Shown: positions 31,945-42,961, numbered from the stretch's first letter. The stretch is 43,234 nt of DNA from Nitrospirota bacterium (GCA_963741205.1 CAVUHW010000040.1:1-43234); one strand, 5' to 3'. A program made the numbers and translations. The notes: a model not told the origin generated them from the sequence alone.

Positions 31945-32556
31945 ATGAACTCTGCAGCCGCTTCATCCTCGTCCCGTCGTTTCCTCATCATGGTGCTGCA
32001 TTTCATTGCAGCGACCGCAACGGTTGCCGTGCTGACGACGTCAGCCATCGGCGCCCCCAAAAAAGGGGGAGGCCCCATGTTCACTAAAGATGGGGAACTG
32101 GTCATGCCCAAGAATTTCCACCTCTGGGTCTTTGTCGGAGCACCGGTCACGCCTAACGACATGAACAACGGCAAGGCGCCATTCCCCGAATTCCACGATG
32201 TCTACATCGACCCGGCCAGTTTCGCCGCATACAACAAGACCGGCAAATTCCCCGACGGCACTATTCTCATCAAGGAGCTTGCATCAGTCGGCGCAAAAAG
32301 CGCCGCCAGCGGAAACGGTTATTTCCCGGGCGAATTCATCGAGGTGGAGGCAGTAGTAAAAGACTCGAAGAGATTTGCGAAGGAACCGGGCAACTGGGCC
32401 TATTTCAAATTCATGGGGGCAGACGGCAAGCCCCTGGACAAGGCCAAGATGCAGCCGACGGAGAACTGCAACGGGTGTCACGAAAAGAACGCTGCGGAGG
32501 ATTGGGTTTTCACCCAATTCTATCCCGTCCTGCGGGCGGCGAAAGCAGCCAAGTAA
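31945..32556 (+). CDS. cytL: Cytochrome P460 (Nitrosomonas CytL-like)
   Basis: VTPNDMNNGKAPF, FPDGTILIKEL (cross-link Lys), SGNGYF, EAVVKD..RF..EPGNWAYF, CNGCH, VFTQFYPVLRAAK. Confidence 0.85.
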   Translation: MNSAAASSSSRRFLIMVLHFIAATATVAVLTTSAIGAPKKGGGPMFTKDGELVMPKNFHLWVFVGAPVTPNDMNNGKAPFPEFHDVYIDPASFAAYNKTGKFPDGTILIKELASVGAKSAASGNGYFPGEFIEVEAVVKDSKRFAKEPGNWAYFKFMGADGKPLDKAKMQPTENCNGCHEKNAAEDWVFTQFYPVLRAAKAAK

Positions 32557-32820
32557 CCTGAAGTAACATCGCATACGTTAGCATTTTAAGAGGCATTCTC
32601 CATCTGTGCAGCTCGTTCGGGAAACCTTCGAAACATCGTATATGCGTTCCCCGAACGGCTGCACCGATTTTATTTCCTGCGAACATCTTCCGCACAACTT
32701 GTCAAAACATGCTAATCCCTGTTCCGTGTTCGTCGTCGGGGCGTAAGGTCGCCTCCATCTTGTCTCTCAACTCACTGTCCACCAGCATATGTTCACCTCC
32801 TCAAAATTAACCGCTCGGAG

Positions 32821-32994
32821 AAGTACACGCACGCGGCGATCGCGACGGCCGAACTGGCGGTGGCGAATGCGATGGACGGGGCCGGGAAGCGGGTGTCCGA
32901 ACTGATCATCCCGCACTGCACGTACACAGACCCTGAGGTGGCCCAGGCCGGAGTCACGCCCCAGGAAGCGGAGCGGACGTCCCCGGCCGCATAG
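32821..32994 (+). pseudogene. Internal fragment of a mercuric-reductase-like pyridine nucleotide-disulfide oxidoreductase
   Basis: KYTHAA...AVANA...IIPHCTYTDPEVAQAG, with no start context. Confidence 0.7.
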
Positions 32995-33016
32995 ACCGCC
33001 GGGTTGGCCGTTCGGA

Positions 33017-33124
33017 GGTATCGTACCCGTCCTTCGGCCGCGGCGACCGCCAGTCGGGCGGGTGGCCCTGGGCGATCTGCTGGCGATTCGGCGCGTCGAA
33101 AGGTAGAATCGAGGGGGTGCCCAT
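33017..33124 (-). pseudogene. N-terminal fragment of probably the same oxidoreductase family
   Basis: SD AAGGAGG; MGTPSILPFDAPNRQQIAQGHPPDWRSPRPKDGYD, breaking off before the expected GxGxxG. Confidence 0.55.
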
Positions 33125-33444
33125 GTTCTCCTCCTTAAAAAGTACTGAAGTTGGACCGCTTGGATATAGCGTAGCCGGGTCGGACCAAGCTAAGCTATTG
33201 ATTTAAAATCATGAGGATTCCGATAAGCGATATTTTGAAGCCTTAGAAGACAATCGTTCAAGTGGGAAAATTCGAGATTCCAAATTCTCTTTTCGTACTA
33301 CGAAATCGGCCGCCAGTCTCCATGCGGCCGCGGGCAGCACCGAATTCTCGGCAATGCCTTTGCCGCAGGTCGGTTCTTCTCCCATGAGGGTCTCCTTGTG
33401 AAGGAATGGTTGTTTCTCCCTCGTTGTGTTATGCAAAAAGCGGC

Positions 33445-33840
33445 CTACACTTTGGCTATACATTTTATTTCAATCATGAGATCAGGGAACGCGAGACGCT
33501 GAATTTGCACGATCGTGCTCGCCACCACTGGATTGCCGGAGAAAACCTCCTGTCGGCATTTAACCCTTGCGACAAAGGCTGCATCCATGTCCGTTACAAA
33601 GAGGACCTCATCTACGATGTCGGCCATTGTGGCGCCATACCGCGCGAGCACCTTCTGGACGTTGGCGTAGGCCCGGCGCATCTGCGTTTCCATATCGCCG
33701 AGCCCGACGATCTTGCCCGTGTCGTCATGGCTCACCTGCCCGGAGAGATAGATCGTGTCTCCGACCCTCACCGCCTGGGAATACCCGTACTCTTGTTCCC
33801 AAGGCATATTAAGGCTTGCTGTTTCCTTGCTGATTGCCAT
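33445..33840 (-). CDS. RidA/YjgF family protein
   Basis: YGYSQAVRVGDTIYLSGQ...LAFPDLMIEI; SD AGGAGG. Confidence 0.92.
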   Translation of the reverse strand: MAISKETASLNMPWEQEYGYSQAVRVGDTIYLSGQVSHDDTGKIVGLGDMETQMRRAYANVQKVLARYGATMADIVDEVLFVTDMDAAFVARVKCRQEVFSGNPVVASTIVQIQRLAFPDLMIEIKCIAKV

Positions 33841-33939
33841 GGAACACCTCCTGTTGGGTTTAGCGGAAAACTGCTTGATGACAAAGCTAAGCTATCGACA
33901 GCGGACGGCCGCCTGCTGCGGGGCACGCGTCGGTATATG

Positions 33940-34190
33940 CTATACAAGCGGGATGCGGTCCTTGTTTCGGGCAAGCCACTGATCGAAGGTTTGAATCGAC
34001 GGGTTGAGCGCGCGCGACTCGTCGAGGTTGCGCGCGCCGCAGAAGTACTGCTCAAAGTCCCGCTTAAACTGGAACATGTTGGCTACGTCCTCGGCGCCCC
34101 GCGAAACCGAGGCTGGATAGACTTCGGGAGGAACGTAGTTGTAGCGCACCTCCTCACCGAGCGTCTTCGTGAGCGCGGCGGCATCTGCCT
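33940..34190 (-). pseudogene. C-terminal fragment of an NmrA-family protein
   Basis: YNYVPPEVY...GAEDVANMFQFKRDF...LNPSIQTFDQWL; the Rossmann N-terminus is missing. Confidence 0.65.
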
Positions 34191-34346
34191 TCTACCAGCC
34201 GGTATCAACGACACCTACAACTGTGTATCTAGGGCTCGCTGGAAAATGTGGATATTCTAGGTGAAACGTGCATGATTCGAGGTTAATTCGCTGCTTTAGC
34301 GGTCGATTCGTCATCGGTCAAGTAATTTTGTCTTAAGTAGTCTGCC

Positions 34347-34898
34347 TTACTTCAAGGTTGGATATCCCTGAATATAGACCCAATCTGTCTTCTTAGCGGG
34401 TACGTGGCAACCTATGCAGTCTTTTCTAAAGTCGGTGGACACGTTTTTTTGAGGGTCTTTAGCTTGAAACAGTGCCCAGCCCCAGCCGTCGCCCCAGTTA
34501 GGATTGTTCTTGAAGCGACCTTTCTGGTCTTTGATCATCACAAACCAGCTGACAATATCCCCAGCCCAGTAAGCCTTGCCTGTGGTCATTTCTTCGGCGT
34601 TGATTTTGCGAATTTCTTTGATCAAAACCGCACCGTCTGGGAATTGCCCGGCTTTCTTATAACTCTCAACCGATTCGGGCTGGGTGAACACGTCGTGAAA
34701 ACCGCGACCAGGCGCCTTTTCCATAGGAACCGCCCAGGCTCCCAGATAAGCCCACCTGGCTCGATAATCCTCGGGAAGGCTGATCCTGCCCTGATCATCG
34801 ACGTAAGGGGAAAAGGTCTTTGCTTTCTCTTGGGCGTGCAAACCACTGACTAAAAGGACCCCAACAAGAAAAATGGCAATTTTCCATGTAACCCTCAT
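34347..34898 (-). CDS. Second cytochrome P460-family protein (different subtype)
   Basis: Signal peptide; GFHDVF, FPDGAVLIKE, WFVMIKD, WGDGWGWALF, CIGCH, YIQGYPTL. Confidence 0.85.
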   Translation of the reverse strand: MRVTWKIAIFLVGVLLVSGLHAQEKAKTFSPYVDDQGRISLPEDYRARWAYLGAWAVPMEKAPGRGFHDVFTQPESVESYKKAGQFPDGAVLIKEIRKINAEEMTTGKAYWAGDIVSWFVMIKDQKGRFKNNPNWGDGWGWALFQAKDPQKNVSTDFRKDCIGCHVPAKKTDWVYIQGYPTLK

Positions 34899-35079
34899 AA
34901 GTTCCTCCTTGAAAATCCCTGTGATTCGTCCCTGTTTCAGGAAGATGTTGTGACTGACAGAATAATTCTAACAGAAAAGATTGCCCTTTCCCTGGCCAGC
35001 ATCACAAAACCGTAATGGCGGCCCCGGTCAGGTGCAGCGGATGGTTCGGCGCGGCCACTGTACACCCGCGACAACTCTT

Positions 35080-35989
35080 TCACTGGTCCAACCATTGCAG
35101 CCGACGGGGCGCGAAGCCCAAAAGCCTTTTCGCTTTACCATTTGTCGCCCCTCGGAGCTTCGTGCCGTAGTACACGGCGTCCTCGCCGCCTCGTTCTCGG
35201 CCCTCCTGTTCAGTCACCCGAGGCGGGGGCGGGGCCCCGACCCACCGCGCGAACGCCGGCAGCCAGCGGCTGACCGGGGACGGGTCGTCATCAACGACAT
35301 GGTACACGCCCGGCGGGGCCGTCAGGGCGGCGACCGTTGCGACCGCCGCGTCCTCGATGTGGACCCACGACCAGACCCCTTCACCCGCGCCGATGATCGC
35401 GAGTTCCTGCTTCCGCGCCTGGTCCGCGGCGGCGCCGTCCGGGTTGTACCAGGTGCCCGGCCCGTAGAAGAACCCGTACCGCAGGGCGACCCCTTCGATA
35501 CCCTCCGCGTTCAGCACCCGCGACTCCAGCTCGGCGTAGGTCCGCGCGCTCGCCGCCACGCTGGGGGCTGGCATCGACCGCCATGCCCTCGGACTCGTCG
35601 GCCAGCCCGCTACCCGGTTTGAGGAAGAAGCCGCTGGACTGCTGGATATACCGCCGCACCCCGCACGCCCGCGCGGCGCGGTGGAGGTTCCCGCCGCCTT
35701 CTAGGCGCAACTTCCGGTCGCCGGCCGCGGCGGCGGCCATTTCCGACGGGTGCCGGGGCAACGCGGTCAACTCGTCGATGACGACTTCCGCCCGTGACTC
35801 CCGAAGTGCCCGTTCCACTGCCGGTGCGTCGAACGCGCTCACCTGGGCGACGGCCGCGCCGAGGTCGCTGAGGTGCCGCGCCCCCACTTCGGATCGCGTC
35901 ATGCCCGTGACCGTGTGACCCCGACGGACCAATTCGGCGATGAGCGGCCGGCCGATCGCTCCACTTGCACCGGCAACAAAGATTTTCAT
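35080..35989 (-). CDS. NAD(P)-dependent epimerase/dehydratase (SDR); frameshift at ~35565
   Basis: MKIFVAGASGAIG, LRYGFFYGPG, SWVHIEDAA. Confidence 0.88.
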
Positions 35990-36340
35990 ATTACATTCTC
36001 CTGGTTGACGTTTGTTGTGCGTACGCCAAGGCGGAATCTTTCTATCACGCACGCCGCCACGTGTGTCGCAATTGCACCCATGACCGTGCCAATAGTTAAG
36101 GTATTGCCGGACCAGCATTGCACGACACGAGAGAACCGAAGCTGACCGCGGGAACGTCACCATTCCAATAGCCCTCAATGACAATGGGACTCTCGATGGC
36201 GGCGTCCACCACCGTTCCGCGGCGCGTGCCCCCCTGGCCAGCTTCCTTGAACTACCCCGTGTTCGCAAACGTTGCCGGCACAGGCTTGTCCGACAGCCAC
36301 TAGGCTTCGTCGGCAGCGCTCCCGGCGGTCATCCAACCGA

Positions 36341-36739
36341 TCACTTTGCCGGCACGGTAATCGGAGCCCCCTTCTGCTTCACAATGAACACCAAGAACTT
36401 GGCAGGCTTTGTAGTGCTGGCATTCCGGGAAACCGTGTGCACGTCTTCCGGCGACTCATAGAATGTCTGGCCTGGCCCCAGTGTCACTTCCTTCCCACCC
36501 TTCACCTGCATCACTACTGCCCCTTCCAGCACATAGACAAACGCATAAGCATTGTGTCGGTGCTCAGCGTACGACCCACCCGGCGCATACTCCACCATGA
36601 CCATCGTGCCCTCTTTGCCGTCTATTCCCGCCAGTTCATGCGTCATTAGCGGCGTCACCTTGGCCTCTTGAGCCGCGGCGGTAGCCGCCGCCAGGCATAA
36701 TGCGACCACCATCAGCACCTTCGTCATTGCTGCTGTCAT
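36341..36739 (-). CDS. Secreted cupin-domain protein
   Basis: Signal peptide; PGG...HRH...VYVLEG...GQTFYE.P.DVH. Confidence 0.9.
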   Translation of the reverse strand: MTAAMTKVLMVVALCLAAATAAAQEAKVTPLMTHELAGIDGKEGTMVMVEYAPGGSYAEHRHNAYAFVYVLEGAVVMQVKGGKEVTLGPGQTFYESPEDVHTVSRNASTTKPAKFLVFIVKQKGAPITVPAK

Positions 36740-37171
36740 GATCGATCACCCCCTTTTAGAACAGTTACCTTCCCCCTCTCTGTACTACTTTTAATACAAC
36801 ACCGGCAGCACAATATGTCAATTCGATTATAGTATCAGGGTGATTTGTCGTTGCTGGATTAACAAATTCGGCGTGAAACATTGATTGATGCAAAGGCTGG
36901 CAACCACAATAAACCAGGATGATGTTGTGGTTAAAATGTCCGATTGGCAATCGATTAGACTTCTTTCAGTTGGTCAATATCAACAACACCCTCATGCACG
37001 ATCTTGCGAAACTGCAAAATTGTCAATTAACTGGTTGGGGGAAACATGTCTACGAAATCACAATCTGCGGTGACAATTTCGCAAGTTCACCCGCGCCACA
37101 ACGGCCCCAAAGTCCTCAACTCGTCATGCTACACTATAATCATGATCAATAATGAGGCAGGTGATGCAAAT

Positions 37172-38212
37172 ATGGCGAGACGTCAAACAGACAGGGGTGC
37201 CCGGGTGCTTACGTTTGCACCCGCCGTGGGTGCCTTTTGCTATCCCTATTTTGTGGCAATGCTCTATGAAAGCGGGCAGCGTATATCGCTAGCGAAAGAC
37301 GCTGCTGCCATGACAGTCGCCTATCTTTCTCTGTTCGTGTCGGTTCTGCTGATCTACGGAGTTCCCGCCTTGGCCCTTACGGCGTCGCTTAAGCTCGGCC
37401 GGTTGCCGCTCGAGTCTTCCTTCCAAATTCGGGTTCGGCGTCTTGTCCAGTTTGTCTTCGCGAGCCCGTCGCTTTTTGTTTTTATCGGTACGACCTTCTA
37501 CATGCTGGGAAGCAGCAACAGGGACTATATCTTCTGGGCCGTCCTGTGGATCGTGATCATCGCCGCACTGTCGCTCGGAAGAAACGCCCCTGCCCGCGCG
37601 TCCGTCGACGTGCCGCCAATCGGGCTTCGCAGATGGCACGGGATTTCAGCTTTGTGTATCGTTGTAATATTTCTAGCCTGGCATTTTCTGAATCACCTGT
37701 CGGCCCTGGTGAGCCTGGATTTCAATAAGGCTATGATGGAGGTTCTTAGGAAGTGGTACCGGTCGGAACCTGTTCAGCCCGTCATCGTAGGTCTCTTTGT
37801 TTTTCAGACTGTGAGCGGACTTCTTCTCTTTCGATACCGCACGTCGGTAGAGGGGGAAACGGTCAGGATACTTCAGACGATAACCGGCGTTTTTCTCTCT
37901 GCCTTCATCGTTTCGCACCTCTCTGCGGTATTCCTCCTGGGAAGGCTTTACTCGGGAGTCGATACGACATTTCGTTGGGCCGCGGGCGCCCCGGCTGGTC
38001 TGTTCAACGATCCCTGGAATGTCCGGCTTATTCCCCATTACTCATTAGTTCCCTGGGTCGTGCTGACCCATCTGGGACTCGGGGTGCGGGGCATCCTTTT
38101 GGGCCGCGGCTATGAACCTGCGGCAGCAAACAGAATTGTCCGATGGTTCGGTGCCGGCGGACTGGCCGTTGCACTTTTGATAACTGTTGCGCTCCTGAGA
38201 GTACGGGGATAA
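37172..38212 (+). CDS. Polytopic membrane protein of unknown function with several intramembrane His
   Basis: Long ORF with about nine to ten hydrophobic segments; start uncertain. Confidence 0.8.
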   Translation: MARRQTDRGARVLTFAPAVGAFCYPYFVAMLYESGQRISLAKDAAAMTVAYLSLFVSVLLIYGVPALALTASLKLGRLPLESSFQIRVRRLVQFVFASPSLFVFIGTTFYMLGSSNRDYIFWAVLWIVIIAALSLGRNAPARASVDVPPIGLRRWHGISALCIVVIFLAWHFLNHLSALVSLDFNKAMMEVLRKWYRSEPVQPVIVGLFVFQTVSGLLLFRYRTSVEGETVRILQTITGVFLSAFIVSHLSAVFLLGRLYSGVDTTFRWAAGAPAGLFNDPWNVRLIPHYSLVPWVVLTHLGLGVRGILLGRGYEPAAANRIVRWFGAGGLAVALLITVALLRVRG

Positions 38213-38863
38213 GGAACCCGTTCTGAGAACTTTCAAATTTTCAATTTCGGCATGAACTGCGCAATTTTGGCTGTCGATATTTTTGTGAAGTACAGGATGG
38301 ATGGCGCGATGAATGTTTCGACTGGAATTTATTAATTTCAGCATCTTAATATTTGTCAGCGTCACCTTCAGTCTTCTTTTGTAACAGGCCGTCCAATAAC
38401 TGTTGATAGGTTTTCAGAATAAACTGCCCATCGACTTCCTCGATAAGCGCATTGTTCATTGAACAATTCAATTTTACTATCACCGTTGTTTAAACTAGAA
38501 GATGTTAAACTTGCCGATTGGTCCAATCGTTTTTAATATAATTTTTTTTACATCATTCAACTTAACATCTCGTTCTCTGCCTTTTTTCACTACCTTAAGA
38601 AGATTATTTTGTTTGTCAAATATCAGATAGGTCCCATAGCGCTCTGGTATATGCCAAATTAGCGCTCCTATAACAAGCGGAGGAGAAGATGGACTTCTTT
38701 GCGAGGGAAGTAAAAAGCCCCTCTCAACCGGGAAGGGCTTCATTGCATTCATTTGTTTCACAACGCACTCCTGCCGTTTGCTGAAATAGCGCCTTCTGTT
38801 AAATAATTAAAAAAGTGAGGCACATTGCCCCACCCACTGCGAGTGAGAGAGAGAAGTCTACTT

Positions 38864-39263
38864 CTACTTGGTCGGCACGAACACGTTGCCAGGTGAAGCA
38901 ATACCGGCACTCACATCGCTCGCAAGCCCTGTAAAGGTAAACTTGCAGTATGCATAGGTCGTAACATAATCACACTTCCTTTCATCTGAGGTTGTGAAGT
39001 ACTTGGCCAGGTTCAAGTGTCCAGTCGATGCTTTCGCACGAAATAAGCTCGGGGTTGTCACAATTATAACAGCTGTCAATTGTCACAGTGATAATACTAC
39101 TTCCAAGGTTGGCGATATCGCACGTAAAGCTATTACCAGTAGGATTATATGCGAGTGGAGTCGTCAGTACCACTTATAGTTGCCGTCGCGGAGCTGAGAA
39201 TGCTACCGTGTTGAGGATAAATATCGCTGCCATTACGGCGACTGTTTCGAGCAAAGTTTTCAT
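38864..39263 (-). CDS. Secreted Cys-containing hypothetical protein; frameshifted
   Basis: SD GAGGAGG and signal MKTLLETVAVMAAIFILNTVAFSA; pieces in ORFs 38982..39173 and 38864..39079. Confidence 0.5.
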
Positions 39264-39349
39264 GGTACCCTCCTCTAGGTTTGGATTATATACGTTATTA
39301 AATGTCAACCAAATCCATCTATATTATGATACCGTCTCCCCGCTGCGCT

Positions 39350-39810
39350 TTAAGCAGCCGTAGCCTCTTTTTCACAGATCATTTTAAGGTTATCCATCGT
39401 GTGCTCTGCATTGCGCTCCATCATCCGCTCGATGATAAGACAATCAACCAACTACCAAGCGCCTTTCCGGGCACGGTGTTATTGTATTTCACATGTTACT
39501 TCGGTGTTACCGGATTTAGATCTGTAATTCCATGTTTGCTCGCCGGCAAAAGGTCCCTCGATAGCTCCTCGCCATCTGCTTGCTTCAGGCCCGGTACTAT
39601 CTTCCAGTCGCCGCGGCTAGTGACCGGGAATTTAATGCCCACCAGCAGATAGCTGTGCTCAGAACGGTGCCTACCTCGCCTCCGCCTGTCATCTTCTCCG
39701 GCGCGCCAGAGCGCAACCCCGCCGTGTATGCCATAGCCTCGGATCACGTGCAAAAGCATATACTTTTTCTCGGGAGCATGAATTATAACACTCTTTTTGA
39801 GATGTGCCAT
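39350..39810 (-). CDS. SRPBCC (polyketide cyclase/dehydrase-like) protein; multiple frameshifts
   Basis: MAHLKKSVIIHAP..KVYAFARDP..W; C-terminal helix ERNAEHTMDNLKMICE; SD AGGAGG. Confidence 0.7.
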
Positions 39811-39949
39811 AGCTGCCTCCTGTTCAAATAAGCATCAAATTTCTTTAAAGCCCTATTCAAATTTCTCCTTAAACCGCTTCCACGTTGCACCTCGAACTGT
39901 TCATTCATGCATCGACATGATTGAAATTCTTTCACCTCCTTTCGTTATG

Positions 39950-39998
39950 AAATAAAAAGGCCGAATTTACCTCCGGTTTATCCTTCGGCAGCTCGGCC
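39950..39998 (-). terminator. Riboswitch expression-platform terminator
   Basis: GGCCGA...UCGGCC stem followed by UUUUUAUUU, overlapping the aptamer 3' strand. Confidence 0.7.
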
Positions 39999-40062
39999 AT
40001 TCTTGGTCTTTTAAGCCCGCCGCTTTCCGTCCCCCTCTCACAAAGGGTTTGGCTTTATCGCA
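39984..40062 (-). ncRNA. GEMM-I / c-di-GMP-I riboswitch aptamer
   Basis: Minus strand CGAUAAAGCCAAACCCUUU-GUGA-GAGGGGGACGGAAAGCGGCGGGCUU...AAUGGCCGAGCUGCCGAA: AAACC, GNRA-capped P2, GGGACGGAAAGC junction and CCGA 3' end. Confidence 0.88.
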
Positions 40063-40753
40063 GAGTCATTTATCTGTTTGAGTCAGTGTAATCTGACGTA
40101 TTTTGATAGAATGTTGAGTAATGTGGGTCGCGGATGTGAATGTTTCTTATTTAGCACAAGCTATTCATAAAGTCAACGATACGGAATGGGTATTTTGGGG
40201 TAGTTACTTTTTTACACCTTCCTTTCCGATGACATGACTGGACGGAGATGTTCTTCGGTAGAGGAGGCAATAATTCAAGATGTAAATTACACTATTGCAA
40301 GGGATGGAAACTCGTTTGCTACAGGAAGACAATCACAGCTGTGTCAACGACTTTGGTTAGGTATCGAGGAAAGGATTTTTTGAGGTTTCATTAACAAATT
40401 CGAGATGAAGCTGATAGTTGAAACGAGATCGCTAGGCGAGAACTCAGGATGCAGGTCTCGATGAAAGTTACGATTGATAGTTGATGCTATAAATTCCCGC
40501 CGACGAATCGGAAGTTGTGTAATGTGAACAAACCATACCTAAAGCTTGATTCCTCTTTGGAATAAAAAAGAATGGGAGAATCTTTTAGATCCCCCCATTC
40601 TCGTTTTACCGTTTCGCTTTTCTCATAAATCTACTGCACCGCAAGACACCCTTCACTGCTCAGGATCGTGAAGATGTTGTCGCCGATATACAGCAACTCA
40701 ATGGCGTCATACTGAACACCGCTTATCAACGTGGCGCAAAACGAAGTCGCTCC

Positions 40754-41311
40754 CTAGAAATGATACGCCAAGCCGGCCTGCAGGCTGAAGTAGTCGTCGG
40801 TTATGATGTGCCACCTGGCGTCTGCGACGAAGCTAAGCCTCGGATTAATCTTTAGTTCTATTCCTGCACCGGGGACTAAACCCAAACGAGTCTCGCTCTC
40901 CGAGGCTGTGCCGGAGAATGGGAAGTTCGACACTTCCACTGTATCAAAGCTAACTTCCAGCATCCCCTGTACGAAAACCTTCAGGTTGCCGCTTTGGGTC
41001 GGGAGAAAGAACCGTCCGCCTATATCAACTGGTACACGTTTGTACGTCACATCAACGCCGAACTCGGTAGCGCTCCACTCATAGTAGGAGAGCTCGACTC
41101 TGCCCTGAAGATCCTTCTTGAGCATCGTTCCGAAGCCAAATGTAACGCCGAATCCAGTATCGAATCCCGATGCCGGTGCCGATGCCATGGCGAGCGAGCC
41201 GTCTACTTCCACATCCTGCGAGGACGATGATCCCGCGGATTTTGCAAAGGCCGTGGCCGTTATGCTGCATACTATTAAGGCCGCGAGCGTGATCAGTGCG
41301 AATCTTTTCAT
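40754..41311 (-). CDS. Outer-membrane beta-barrel protein (OmpA-TM-like)
   Basis: Signal peptide, alternating beta-strand pattern, C-terminal GLAYHF. Confidence 0.88.
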   Translation of the reverse strand: MKRFALITLAALIVCSITATAFAKSAGSSSSQDVEVDGSLAMASAPASGFDTGFGVTFGFGTMLKKDLQGRVELSYYEWSATEFGVDVTYKRVPVDIGGRFFLPTQSGNLKVFVQGMLEVSFDTVEVSNFPFSGTASESETRLGLVPGAGIELKINPRLSFVADARWHIITDDYFSLQAGLAYHF

Positions 41312-42160
41312 TTTTGACCTCCTTAATTATTCTTTAAACTTCGCAATGTGATTACATCATGATAAAGGCTCCAGGCCATGAGTCATTCATTCCATGATGT
41401 GCATCGGATAGTATCCAGCCTAAGTGGTTTCTGCTGGATCATCGACGTTTTTCGCTCCTCTCTCTCACTTCCCATTAGAGAATACCGTGAGAGTTGAATT
41501 GACGGTAAAGGGCCATGCCCTAGTGAAGATATCTCCGAAAGTGGTCCAGCGGCTTCCGGGTGCTGTACTTGAACAGCTGGGCACCAACAACTGATAAGTA
41601 TAGCCCGGGTCCTTGGCCAGATGACAGAGAATGCATATCCTAAAAAGGACCAGACCCTGACCCTCTCAGCCATAACTACGAACTTAAAAACATAGTAAAG
41701 CTCTTATTGCCGACAGGCTTAATTATGCGCTTTTATATTGATAAATATGTGATTTGAGTCACCTTGATTGTGAGAATTTCGAGATGAAATATTGATTGTT
41801 GCCAGAGATGAAATTCCAACATTTCAGGATGTACCACGCGCAGAATGTTATGCTCGGAAGTAAACGCTCGGCTGTCTATCGATCCATCACAGATCGAGGA
41901 TATAGCTCGAATATCTATGTTTTAGGGATATTTTGCAACCGGGTAGAAGCTCGAACAAACCGATGATGACCAAAAGGTTTCCGTCGATTTACAACTTCGA
42001 ATATTTCGACAGCGATAACGTTTCCATACGGGCCCTTCATCCTCCCGGCCCTCCGAGTCTAATAAATGAGTCAAGTCGGTTATCCACGTTTCGCCTGTTG
42101 TCCACCTTCCCTTTTCCCCCGGGGCAGATAATTAAGAGGCCTTAATAGGTTTTCACTGCC

Positions 42161-42462
42161 TTATGCCCAAATTTTCCTGATGGTCCTTAGGCCCTTGAGA
42201 TAATCTTCGTATTCTAGGTTCGCTTCCACACCGTACTCCGCAAGAATATCAATCATTTTTGAAAGCGATACCCCAGCCAATCGCGCCGCCTTTTCAAGGG
42301 ATGCGTCGGAATTCTTGTACTTTTCAACGGCAAGCATAATCCTTCCGAGATCGACAAGTTCGCGTACAGCCGTTGACATATCGCCCTGTTCTTCCTTAGC
42401 CAAGAAGAAAGAAACTTATAATCCTTATCATCGATACGTATACTCAATGTTTTTGTAGCCAT
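42161..42462 (-). CDS. UPF0175-family antitoxin with RHH-like N-terminus; frameshift at ~42400
   Basis: MATKTLSIRIDD..., then AVEKYK...SLEKAARLAGVSL...ILAEYGV. Confidence 0.75.
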
Positions 42463-42465
42463 TCT

Positions 42466-42961
42466 TTACCCTCCCCGTATTTGCTGTGCCGCATCATCCA
42501 AAATCTGTTTGCTGTATCTACCGATCGATTGCAGCTTCTCCAGTTTAATGATGCCTTCATCTCTTGATATCATTCCTTTTTCCACAGCTCGCATTAAAAA
42601 AGAAACAGCCGTAACAAATTCCAGTTTTAATAACTTGCATGCACGAATTGCGTTTCTATCATCGGTCGCTACAATACCGGCTTTTTTTTCACTGGCCAAT
42701 GTTATTGCCTCTGCTTCTCCGACATCAATACTGAAATCCTCCATAAGCCTTTTCACAAGAGCTACATTCTTCACCTTCACAACGTCGATCTTTGTTTTCG
42801 ATGTGTCTGTTAATCGATTCGGCATCCTCTTTGTCCAATCTTATTACCTCTGATCTTACTTTTTCGGGTATGATAATCGTTCCTTCAAAACTCGAAAGAA
42901 ACAGATCAAGAAGGTCAATACGAGCAAGGAGAATCAGCGTAGATGCATCAAATATAATCAT
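42466..42961 (-). CDS. PIN-domain (DUF3368-like) toxin; frameshift at ~42800
   Basis: IIFDASTLILLARIDLL...IPEKV..E; IDVGEAEAI.LA; VATDDRNA. Confidence 0.8.

Noticed and set aside
31945-32010. Tat signal (SRRFL) on cytochrome P460
   Set aside because: Does not fit S-R-R-x-F-L spacing, and c-type cytochromes are normally Sec substrates.
39984-40062. c-AMP-GMP (GEMM-Ib) specificity for the riboswitch
   Set aside because: The discriminating position reads G, not A, despite the Geobacter-like GGACGGAAAGC junction.
40200-40540. Possible degraded plus-strand gene
   Set aside because: Multiple stops in all frames and no identifiable motif.
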